Below, piece after piece: positions 1 to 11,900 of a stretch of 64,000 nucleotides of DNA. The notes below the pieces were generated by a model. The model had not been told where the DNA came from. It worked only from the letters and a program-made list of their open reading frames with translations, and did no database searches. The first letter of the stretch is position 1. Every line of letters begins with the position of its first letter. Source of the stretch: Tubulanus polymorphus (lineage: Eukaryota > Animalia > Nemertea); contig NC_134034.1 of assembly GCF_964204645.1 (NCBI RefSeq), forward strand, positions 1,116,001-1,180,000, read 5' to 3'. Position numbers and translations under genes: made by a program.

Positions 1-142
1 TCTTATTTTTTGTACGAAATCGACTGAAAACCGTCTGTAGAAACTTTCTGCATTTATTTGTATTTACTTTAAACAACGCATTTTTGTAAATATATTAATA
101 AAACTTTGGTAAGTAACTGTTAACTCGAGATTATATTAGCTG

Positions 143-466
143 AGCCTAGGATCTCCGAGCCTTGCTAGAATTGAGGATCTCTGAGCCCTGCTGGAACTGA
201 GGATCTCTTAGCCTGCTAGAACTGAGGATCTCTGTGCCCTGCTAGAATTGAGGATCTCTGAGCCATGCTAGAACTGAGGATCTCTGTGCCCTGCTGGAAC
301 TGAGGATCTCTGAGCCCTGCTGGAACTGAGGATCTCTTAGCCTGCTAGAACTGAGGATCTCTTAGCCTGCTAGAACTGAGGATCTCTTAGCCTGCTAGAA
401 CTGAGGATCTCTGTGCCCTACTAGAACTCAAGATGTCTGAGCCCTGCTAGAACTGAGGATCTCTTA
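143..466 (+). repeat. ~26-bp tandem repeat (CTAGAACTGAGGATCTCTGAGCCCTG)
   Basis: About 12 units visible. Confidence 0.9.
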
Positions 467-760
467 AAGTAATTGGGGCCAAGACGTTTAGTATCCTCTA
501 TATTCAGCATCTTGTCCCTCAAGTACCGGGTTCGAACCTGGGACACCCTATCCAGACTACTTTGAATTACTTTGTCACAATGCAGTGATTGAACGCAGAG
601 TGAAACCCTGTTTATTCTCTTCAGCATCCTCTATTCCCTGCCTGGGACGACTCTGAATCAAACATTCCTCACCATCGCATTACTCACTCGCCAGGACGAA
701 TTACAGCCACATCCTTCAAACCATTAACAATTAATGATCACATTTTAGAGAATAAAATTG

Positions 761-766
761 TTTATT
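761..766 (-). terminator. Candidate polyadenylation signal of the PKD1L1-like gene
   Basis: AATAAA on the minus strand followed by T/GT-rich sequence, ~1.6 kb past the stop codon. Confidence 0.35.
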
Positions 767-1324
767 TTTCATTCTAATTACTAAAAAAAGCGCTTCATCA
801 TTTTACACACGTTTTAAAACTATCGGATATAAAAAATACACGAAAATGTGCGATATTTATGAATTAATAAAAGTGAATCTCTGTCCGGTAACACTGAGTT
901 ACAACAGTTCATCCAATCAATCAGCGTCACGATGATATAACAAACTATTGTATAAATGATTCATAAGTATTCGAAAATAATGTTCTACAACGGCCTTAAT
1001 TTCTGTTCTATTTCGATAGACAGTAGACTGTGCTCAAGCAGTCCGATCCTTTAAGCTGTCGGTCTATCTTTGAGCTCGAGTCATAGCTCTGAACAAAGTT
1101 GAAAAAGAAAATCAGTATCGAATAATGAACTAAACTAATTAATACATGATTAACTAATAAATGGATGGTAATTAAAAAAGATAATGAATTCAGCAGTTTG
1201 TTTATATAGAATATCCCTAACCCCCTTCACACCCCCCTCCTCCCTCCCCCCATAACATAGCACCATTTACATTGTAATTATACACTGTAGCAGGAATGTA
1301 CATGCTTCTATATCTTATCGTAGT

Positions 1325-2232
1325 CAGAACTGTGGAACTGGGTCTAGATCTGTGGAACTTAGTCCAAAACTGTCCAACTGGGTCTAGAACTGTCAAACTG
1401 GGTCCAGAACTGTGGAACTGGGTCCAGAACTGTGGAACTGGATCCAGAACTGTGGAACTGGGTCCAGAACTGTGGAACTGAGTCTAGAACTGTCAAACTG
1501 GGTCCAGAACTGTGGAACTGGATCCAGAACTGTGGAACTGGATCCAGAACTGTGGAACTGGGTCCAGAACTGTCAAACTGGGTCCAGAACTGTGGAACTG
1601 GGTCCAGATCTGTGGAACTGGGTCTAGAACTCTAGAACTGGGTCTAGAACTGTGGAACTGGGTCTAGAACTGTGGAACTGGATCCAGAGTTCTAGAACTG
1701 GGTCTAGAACTGTGGAACTGGATCCAGAACTGTGGAACTGGGTCTAGAACTGTGGAACTGGGTCCAGAACTGTGGAACTGGGTCTAGAACTGTGGAACTG
1801 GGTCTAGAACTGTGGAACTGGGTCCAGAACTGTGGAACTGGATCCAGAACTGTGGAACTGGGTCCAGAACTGTGGAACTGGATCCAGAACTCTAGAACTG
1901 GGTCTAGAACTGTGGAACTGGGTTCAGAACTGTGGAACTGGGTCTAGAACTGTGGAACTAAGTCCAAAACTGTCCAACTGGGTCTAGAACTGTGGAACTG
2001 GATCCAGAACTCTAGAACTGGAACTAAGTCCAAAACTGTCCAACTGGGTCTAGAACTGTCAAACTGGGTCCAGAACTGTGGAACTGGATCCAGAACTCTA
2101 GAACTGGGTCTAGAACTGTGGAACTGGGTCTAGAACTGTGGAACTGGGTCTAGAACTCTAGAACTGGGTCCAGATCTCTAGAACTGGGTCTAGAACTGTA
2201 GAATTGTGTCTAGAACTGTCAAACTGGGTCCT
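1325..2232 (+). repeat. 20-bp satellite (AGAACTGTGGAACTGGGTCC)
   Basis: About 45 units; related 20-21-bp array at 51570-51825. Confidence 0.95.
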
Positions 2233-2338
2233 GAACTTAGGAACTCTGGCGTTATAATCAAAATACAAAGTCTGGTGTTTGGTGTTTGGAATAAACCCTC
2301 ACGGTCCCTCGCGACCACGCTTGTTACACTCGAGTCCC

Positions 2339-2997
2339 TCACGACCACGCTTGTTTATGAGAGGGTCGAGAACTGGGTAATTCATCGATGTCGCTATCGC
2401 TGCTGAATCCAGCGTTCCTCAAAAAGAAATCATCGATCGCGTTAAATCCGCCGTGCCAACTTCTACCGGTGCCACCGCTGCGCCCGGTTTTACCGCCGCC
2501 CGATTTCTTCGATTTACGCGCGGTTTTCGACGACGCGCCGGCCTCGGCGGCAGACGGAGCGCCGACCTCGGAGTCGGAAGATGTTGTATCGAGATTCAAC
2601 GCGTCCGTGCTGAATATTTCTTCGCTGGACCCCGGTCCGATTGTTTGAGTGCGACGTAATCGCGGTTGAATCGGCGTATCGCTGGTTTTATCTGTCTGCC
2701 CGTCCCCCGCGCAGACGACACTCGACGCCGTCTGCCGAAGACTTTTCGTGTCGTTTGCTCCGTCGTCGTCATCGTCGTAATAAAATCGCGACGGGATCCG
2801 ACTTTCGAAGTAATGCCAGGTGGCGGCGGCGTTGAAGTCCGACTGTCGTTCGGCTTGTTTTAGGGCGCGGGCAATGAGTTCGCAGTCGACCGCCGGAGGA
2901 GGGTTCACGTCTGGCGGGATGTACGCAAGTTTCTCGGGTTTTCCCGGAATGAAACTCGCCCCACTTTCATCCTCCGTAGAAGACGTCAACAATACAC
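2339..2997 (-). CDS. PKD1L1: PKD1L1-like terminal coding exon 21/21
   Basis: tttaag|GT GTA TTG ... QAWS then TGA at 2341-2339. Confidence 0.8.
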
Positions 2998-5900
2998 CTT
3001 AAATAGAGAGAGAGGAGATAATTAGAAATCTATAATCTTATGAGTCTGGAGCCACCCCTTCAGACAACATGCAGTCTGGAGCCACTCCTTGAGTTGATAT
3101 GCAGCCTGGAGCCATCCCTTCAGACAATCTGCAGCCGGGAGCCACCTGTTCAGATAATTTAGTCTGGAGCCACCCCTTGAGATAATCTACAGTCTGGAGC
3201 CACCCCTTGAGATAATCTACATCCTGGAGCCACCCCATCAGGTAATCTACAATCTGGAACCATCCCTTGTAAGCCAATTCTTTCCCTACACTTACCGACT
3301 TGAGGTGGTTGTCGTGGGAATATAATTTTCGTTTGTTGATCCGGTGATTCGGGCGGAGTTGTTAACGTATCGTCCGTCTGCGTCGATGAACTGTGACACG
3401 AAACAGGTTTCCGCGGCGACAACATCCGTTTCACGCGTAACTGACGATAGATTTCGAACTCGAGTTTATTCCTGCGAGCAAAAAATAAAATCATATCTTA
3501 TTTTTCATTTATTTGTTCATTTTAAGCAAAATCAGTCTTCAAATTTGACACAAGGGTCAGGCAACTGTGGAACTGGATCCTGGGTTCAGAGTCAAATTTA
3601 CAACTAACTGTGGAACTGGGTTCAGACTCAAATCAAACCCACACAACTGTGGAACTGGATCCAGAGACAAACTAAACCCACACAACTGTGGAACTGGATC
3701 CAGAGACAAATTAAACCCACACAACTGTGGAACTGGGTTCCAGTTAAACTCGTTGGTATTCCCGGTTGTAAACTCACCTCAATTGATCCTCGGTTTCTAA
3801 ACTCATTACGTTCGCGCCGATGTTATCTAAATGAATGATCCTCGCGAGGGTCGGTTCGCCGTGGTAAATATTATCCTCGATTTTATGGATTCGATTTTCG
3901 AAGCGCGAATCGTCGAACACTGGATTCTCGGAGCTGCCGTTCGACAACATGTCGTCGCCCGGTCCGTACGTGCAGTCCGAGTCCGTGAATTCGCATTCCG
4001 GTTTTTCCGGTAGACCGTGCGTGCCGGTGATCGCCGTCATTTTGAAAAGGAGTTCGTCGACTTGGTATTCGATTTCGGCCATCGTGAATTCCTGAAACAA
4101 CATAAGATTTGAAAATTTGTCAAACAGGCGCCCAATTACAAATCCCCTGGAGCCAGTTCCATAGTCAGGTCTTAAACGTAAGACCGTTCTAAGACCAACT
4201 TAGTTCTATAGCTAATCTAACAACTTACGCCCAGTCTTAAGACTTTAGACCACTTTTGGTCTTAAGTCTTGACTATGGAACCGGCCCCTGATTCTGCCAT
4301 ACAATTACACAAAATTCTCTCCCCCCCCCCTCTAAGTGAATCCAAGATATTTCTAGGTTCTAAATGTTACGATTTATTCATTTTTCATTAAAACACATAT
4401 TGATTAGAAACATGTGGTCAATGGCATTATCTAAATTTCATAAGTTTTCCAGGTTTTTGATAAAATTCATCAAATTCCTAGAGTTTTCCCTGATTTCTGA
4501 TTCCCTGAGTTTTCCCGGTATTCCACATCTGTGGCGCCACCCAGCCAGAATTCCGGAAATCATGATAGAAATGATGATAAGAGATGACTAACTAACCGGT
4601 GGAAGCGTGGTGTCCTCCTCATCACTGTCATCATTCTCATCGATCGGTTTCAATCCGACTCGGTCCAGCAACGTCGTCCAATAGAATCGCAGCGTTTCTA
4701 ACGCTGACATCGACGGTGGCTCCTCCTTACAGGACGTTTTCAAATAATACGTCAAAACAGCAACGATCTAAACAATAAAATATATTCATCTCAATTACTG
4801 ATTGGCTGTGGAGATCTATTTCGATTACTGATTGGCTGTGGTTTATTATGAATGGACCAATCAGGAGAAGACATTTATCTCAATTACTGATTGGCGTTGT
4901 GTAGTTTGAACTGACCAATTAGGAGCAAGAGATTCATCTCAAATACTGATTGGCTGTGGTTTAGTTTGATTGGAACAATCAGAATTTTGAATGCGCAGAT
5001 TTGCTGAACAAATTTTCTGTCGGCCCAGAAGAAGTTCTCTCAAGATTTTGAATACCGGTAACAGGGGACAAATTTCACAAAAATTTAATCTATCAATATC
5101 GAAATATTTCAAATTGGAAAGATTTTTTAATTAACTCACTTGAACAGAAAAAGGGTGACAAGGAGTTTCTATTTATCTCAACGAGTTAGTTCATAAAGCG
5201 AACTCAATTTAACAGAAAACTTCTTCAAACTTACATAGCCGGTGAGCAGTCCGAGACCGAATATCAGGAAAGTGACGACGAACACTCTCGCCCCCTGGTG
5301 ACTGTAATTAGCGATACCGTCGTTGAACGGATACGACCGAACGAGCAGTCCGGACAGACTGACGCAACCGAGCCAAAACGAGCTGAAATACCAGCTCGCC
5401 GAGTTGAACAGCAGAAATCCTAAACTCGTGAACGTCATCAAAACCAACGCGAACGACACCTGCGATATAGCGAATATACAATTTACAATCTTAACATTCG
5501 ATTGAGTGAGGGTAAATTCAGAACCGTGGAACTGCATCTAGGACCCATTCAGGGTGGCCACTTGTATTTCACTTGCTTTTACCCAGACTATTCCCTGACA
5601 TACACATTGTTTTCCCTGACTTGATCTGCTAAGAATCCAATCAATAACACAATCAAATACTTAAGACACAGATGGAAACTGTTTGATTTTACACATGATC
5701 TCTCGAGGTAATCTCAACAAATTTCTCTATCCCCTGATTTCTAGCCGTTTTACAAAATTCTCCGACTTTTCCCTGACTTCCAGGTAAGTGGCGCCACCCT
5801 ATCTAAACCTTTATTTATTGAGGATATATTTAGAACCGTGGAACTGTATCTAGTACTCAGGAACCAGTTCCACAGTTGTGAGTTAGAGTTAACTCTGAGT

Positions 5901-8900
5901 TAAAATTAGTTCATTTCCAATGATTTAACTCCGAGTCAAATCTTAACTCAGAACTGTGGAACTGGGTCCAGGACTCCAAATCCTAGTTCCGTAGTTATGA
6001 ATTAGTATTTAACCCCTAAATTCAAAGCACTTGAAACGAACGAATTAAAACTGAAACTTACAGCGAACAGTAGAATTTCTGTGCGAGCTTTTCGGTAAAT
6101 CGTGAAGAACCGTACGAACAATTTCTTGTATTGTAACAATTTCAGGAACTGAACGCAAAGTAACAGAATCAGTAAACCGACTAGAGTACGCAGTATCTGT
6201 AAATAGAAAATATCGCAACAATATCATCATCGGGATAAATCCTCGAGTATCAAAGTTATCACTAGGGGTAAATCCTTAACGTGGACCCAGTTTTATAGTC
6301 TGGGTAGCAAAGTTACCCCTAGAGGTAAATCCTTAACCTGGGGCTTGTTTTATAGACTGGGTTTAAAGTTATCCCTAGGGATAAATCCTTAACCTGGACC
6401 TGGTTTTATAGACTGGGTATCAAAGTTATTCCTAGGGACAAATCCTTAACCTGGACCTGGTTTTATAGACTGGGTATCAAAGTTATTCCTAGGGATAAAT
6501 CCTCAACCTGGACCTGGTTTTATAGACTCAGTATCAGAGTTACCACTAGGGATAAATGGTAAATATGAAACAGACCCCTCTAAAGACTGGAAAATTAAAC
6601 TAAACAGTTCTTTCTTATTTCATGAATAACTCGGGGCCCTGAATGCAAGTTCAAGAATCACTACAAAATCTAGAAGCGTAAATCATCTAAAATTTCACAC
6701 ACTTACCAGATCCCACAAAGCCGGGAACGACATATCGACATAATGTTCGTAAAACGTCGCACGCATGTGTTCAATAGCGTCGTGTACGACGACGAACCGA
6801 CAAATAAAACACAATATGTAACCGACGGCGACGATCAGAAACGATACTTCTGTCCACGTCCAGAAACTGCGGAACGACGACGTCGCCGTCTGCTGGCGTT
6901 CCAGAGTTCGGTAGACGAAATCGTGGATCAGATACAACGTCACGGCGATGAATAATAACTATAATTAATTAAAATTATTATGATTAGATGCGTTAATCGA
7001 TATTTAAATTCGTCGATAATGGTTAGGCAAAAATCGGCGATTGGTTTTAAAGACTAATAGTTTTAACTTTAACCAAGTTGAGCCAGTCGAAACTTAGATT
7101 AAAGACTATCTTCAACCCAGGTTTTATAGACCAGTTTTAGCTTTAACTCAGTCAAGAATGATAGACCAGTTTTAGCTTGAAATCAGCTCAGACTCGGACT
7201 TAAATCTAAGTCTTGACCGGTGCGAATGGCCTCTGGGTAGAATGTACACGTACCTCACATGCCAGAACAAAGTTATCAAATTTTGACACGTATTTGTACA
7301 AACGAGCCGACTCGATACGAACGTAGTGTTCTATTCCACCAGTAGGGGGCATCTCGGCGGTTAAACTAATCGACGTGAACAGATTCTGCGACGGGTTATA
7401 AATGGTGAACTCGACGACGACCGCTCGCGTCTGCCGGTCGATCCAGTCGTTGTCGTGTAGATAACGCAATTGTTCGACGGTTTCCACGCGCGACGCGTTC
7501 AAAATGACGTCGTAACCGCTGTTGTCGTAACGACCGAAATGACCGTCGATCGTCTGCCGGCGGAGTAGATGACGACCTTGAAACGTCCACGCGTCGTCCG
7601 GCCCGTATTCGTCCGTTTCGACTCGCTTTGTTGTGTATCTATAGTAACAGTTTCCGGGTAACAGTTGCCGGTAGACGGCTGCATGAGCGCACGGTTCCTC
7701 CACCACTCTCAACTGACGTATGTGAACTTCACCGATTATATGACCAGTTCCCATTAAAACAGTTCCCTAAAATAGTAATTATCTATGTAGATTAACTGTA
7801 ATTAGTTATGCAAATTAATTGCAATTAATAATGCAAATTACAGTCATCGTAATTAACCATGTAAATTAGGTCTAATTATGTAAATTAACTCTATTGGAGT
7901 CACATAACTTAGTCTATCAATTCTAATCCATCATGATTGAAATCAGTCTTATCTTAATAAAGTATGTTAATTGTAATAACAATGCGAATAAAGCATGTTG
8001 ATTATTATAATTATGTTGATTAATTCTTCAACTAATTTGCAAGATCGAAACGATTTCAGAATTTCGATCTCACTTTCGGTCAAATGGGATATGTTAATTT
8101 TTCGGATCCGGACTCGATCGAACTCACCTCGACCGTATTATTATCGCCGTTATACCACGAGTCCCAGTAGAGGGCGTTGATCAGGTCGGTACGACTCCAC
8201 GTCCACCAGTCGTTGATGCGACGTATGCTCGTAAACGGCATGGTTTCCGTGGCGATGAATTCAGCGCGTACAGCCTCGTTCAGACGGTACGCGGCGGTGT
8301 TGTTAGAACCGTTAGCGATCACTAATAACAAAATCAATGTTCCGATTATCGATACCGCATCCCTGAAATACAACAAACATCTTACTGTGATTCTTACTCT
8401 GGCAAGTGAGGATCCACTAGGTGTTCTAGTGGTATCTTATGTGTTACTATGAGGAGAATCTTGTGGAAGATTAACAGAACTACAGTTGCAATTTAGTCAC
8501 TTCTGTAGCAAGTGAGGATCCACCAGGTGTCGCTAGTGTGCAGTAGGACATCACCTTATGCGGCAAGAGAGGATTCCACTTGTGGCAAGTGAGGATCCAC
8601 CAGGTGTCGCTAGTGCGCAGTAGGACATCAACTGCTGCGGCAATAGAGGATTCTACTTGTGGCAAGTGAGGATCCACCAGGTGTCGCTAGTGCGCAGTAG
8701 GACATCAACTGCTGCAGCAATAGAGGATTCTACTTGTGGCAAGTGAGGATCCACCAGGTGTCGCTAGTGTGCAGTAGGACATCATCTACTGCGACAATAG
8801 AGGATTCTACTTGTGGCAAGTGAGGATCCACCAGGTGTCGCTAGTGTGCTGTAGGACATCAACTACTCCGGCAATAGAGGATTCCACTTGTGGCAAGTGA

Positions 8901-11900
8901 GGATCCACCAGGTGTCGTTAGTTAAACGTACCAGAACATGTTGAGAGCTCGTTTCTGTTTCAGTATTTTCTTCCTGCTGTCAGTGAGGTGTTTCTCTTCG
9001 GGCGGCCTCGCGAACCGTAAATACCTCGATCTCTGTCTCGCTGCGATCCCGCGTTCAAAATCTGATTCGTAGTTCGCCAGACGACTCAACTTCGGCTTCC
9101 GATTGGACGCTTCGAGACTCTTGTAATACTCGTCGCTATGGCAATCGAGAACGTGCAGGTTGTCGCGGTTACGGATGGCCGTTATGACAGACGTGATGAT
9201 TATCTACAATCGAAAAATGATATATTTAACAATGAGAATAATAACTTTGAATTTGATGTTTAATGTCAAATCTCTTATGTCTCATACGTAAAATCTTGTC
9301 TAGTGTCTTAAATCCCCCTATGACATCATCAAATTATCTACTAGTGATTTGATCTATAGCCACTTCTAGAAAATGTCTGCCTCCATAAATCCCCCTATGA
9401 CATCATCAAATTATCTACTAGTGATATAATCTATAGCCACTTTTAGAAAAGATGTCTGCCTCCATAAATCCGCCTTTGACATCATCAAATTGCCTACTTG
9501 TGATTTGATCTATAGACTCCTTTAGAAAAGACGTCTGCCTTCATGAATCACCCTATGATATCATCAAAATCATACAATAATCACTACGTAGGGATTTTAG
9601 TGATGTTAAGGAAGGATTTTGCTTTAGTTTGATATAATAACCTAATGTTTAAAGTGTAATGTATGAATGCTCACCAGTACTGGATGTGTGATGAAGATGC
9701 AGACCATTAAACTGAAGAATAACGACTGCAGCCACATGAGACTCTTCGTCGGCCCGAACGCGAATCCGAACAACACGGTTACCGCGCCGCAGCCAACAAT
9801 CACCAGAAAACACATCGCCCAGGCAACGTAACGACACCAATACGGCAAATACCGATAGTCGCGATCGTAATTAGAAACTGAAATATAGACGAATACGGTA
9901 TCAGTCACCTGCGAAATCAACTAAACAATTTTGGTCAAAACTTAATGCCTTTTGGATATATTTCTGGTCGAAACTCAATGCCGTTTAGATTTCGGGTAAT
10001 AACTTACTGAATTTCGATGAATCGCTGCGAACACTTTGACTCGACCTTCCGCTGTTACTGTGCGACCTTGACACGACCGGATACCAGCTGCCCGTACTCG
10101 CGGAATACCGATGCGCCATCGGTGGCAACGGCGCGGTCTGTTGAAACGGTAGTTCGGGCGGTAATGGCGTTAGTATCGGCGGCTGTGGCGCGACGACCGC
10201 CTGCGGTGGCGTAGGTGGCGCCGGTGGTATCGTATCGTCCGCCGGTTTCTGAATCTCCGATTCCGGGTATACGACGGTCGATTGGTCGAATAACGGGTCA
10301 GTCGTCAACGGCAACGTAGGTGGCGTCCAATCAGGATTCAGCCTGCGACTGCCAACAGACAGAAAGGGAGGACTCTTAGCAGACGGGGAAATCCCAGCAG
10401 ATGGGGGAATCCCAGTGTGACCTAGAGGTTTAACAACACCAATCGGTTTCGCTGGAATCATCGGAGAATTTTCCGCCGGACTTCCTTCGCTGCTCGTTTC
10501 TTCGCCAATAGGTGGCTCTCGAGTCTTCGCCGCATCGTTCTCTTCTTCGCCAATAGGTGGCGGCGCGTCTACGACGACGCCCGACTCGGTCGTCGTTTGC
10601 GTAATAATCGAACCGAAATTCTCGTCGCCGGCGGTAACGATGCGACCGAGCAGACGATCCTGACTCAAACAATCGCCGAATCCGCTCGATGTTACGTCTT
10701 TAACGTCCGTCTTCTCCGTCAGTTTTACGTCTGCCGTTGTCGACGACGACGACGCGGCCGATTCGGACGAACCGTATTTTTTCGCCCATTGTTTCTGCGC
10801 CCATTCCTGCAGCGTCTGCCAGTTGATCATTGATTGGTCGAGCAGTGAATGAGTCATCACCGGTTGAACGGCCGAGTATTGATTCATGCTGTCCTCGTCA
10901 TCTTCATCTTTATTCACTGTTTTATACTCGTCGTTTTTTTCGCTGATTTTACGAACCTGAAATAATCGACTTTCATTAACGACTGATCCTCCTCGAGAAA
11001 CAATGGCCGCTTCTATAAATCCCCCTATGACGTCATAAAATTGTCTACTAGTGTAAACACTTCTAGAAAAGATGTCTGCCTCCATAAATCCCCCTATGAC
11101 ATCATCAAATTGTCTACTAGTGATTAGATCTATAGACACTTCTAGAAAAGATGTCTGCCTCCATAAATCCCCCTATGACATCATCAAATTGTCTACTAGT
11201 GATTAGCTCTATAGGCACTTTTAGAAAAGATGTCTGCCTCCATAAATCCCCCTATGACATCATTGTGTACTAGTGATTAGATCTATAGGCACTTTAGAAA
11301 AGATGTCTGCCTCCATAAATCCCCCTATGACATCATCAAATTGTCTACTAGTGATTTGATCTATAGACACTTTAGAAAAGATGTCTGCCTCCATAAATCC
11401 CCCTATGACATCATCAAATTGTGTACTAGTGATTAGATCTATAGGCACTTTTAGAAAAGATGTCTGCCTCCATAAATCCCTCTATGACATTATCTAGTTA
11501 GCTAAGTGATTTTGATTTGACATATAAACATTTCTAGAAGAGATGCCTCCATAAATCCCCTAGAGATAATCACTATTTGGGGATAAATGATGTCAAAGGA
11601 GGATTTCAAGAGATAATCAGCTCGATGAATTCTGCGCTCACTTACCCGACTGCGTCTGAACATGAAAGCGATCAGGAAATTCACCGGCAACACGGTTACC
11701 GTAACGATGAACCCGGTAACGACGGCGGGCCACGACACGTCGAGCAGTCCGAATTCACCGCGGTACTCGATCGACCGGTCTTTATACCAGAGGGCGTTCA
11801 GGCATAAATACGACATGAGTAACGCCAGGCAACAGGTGATACGTTCGGTACGGAGGAACCGACTGTAAGTAGGTCGCGTCAATAACGAACCCCAGATGTG

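Noticed and set aside
90-110. Plus-strand AATAAA as the 3' end of a convergent gene
   Set aside because: No supporting exon in the window and AT-rich background
520-700. tRNA gene suggested by GGTTCGAACCC and an A-box-like TGGCGAGTGAG on the minus strand
   Set aside because: No cloverleaf and the boxes are ~140 bp apart; at best a decayed SINE head
1296-1947. ORFs with ELGPELWNWVQNCGTGSRTV repeats
   Set aside because: Translations of the 20-bp satellite, open in several frames
8397-8920. CRISPR-like appearance of the regular arrays
   Set aside because: No unique spacers, no cas genes, eukaryotic intron context
10957-11448. DDVIGGFMEAD-repeat ORFs and the N-terminal part of the 384-aa ORF
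   Set aside because: They come from the 79-bp intronic minisatellite; the real exon starts at the 10956 acceptor
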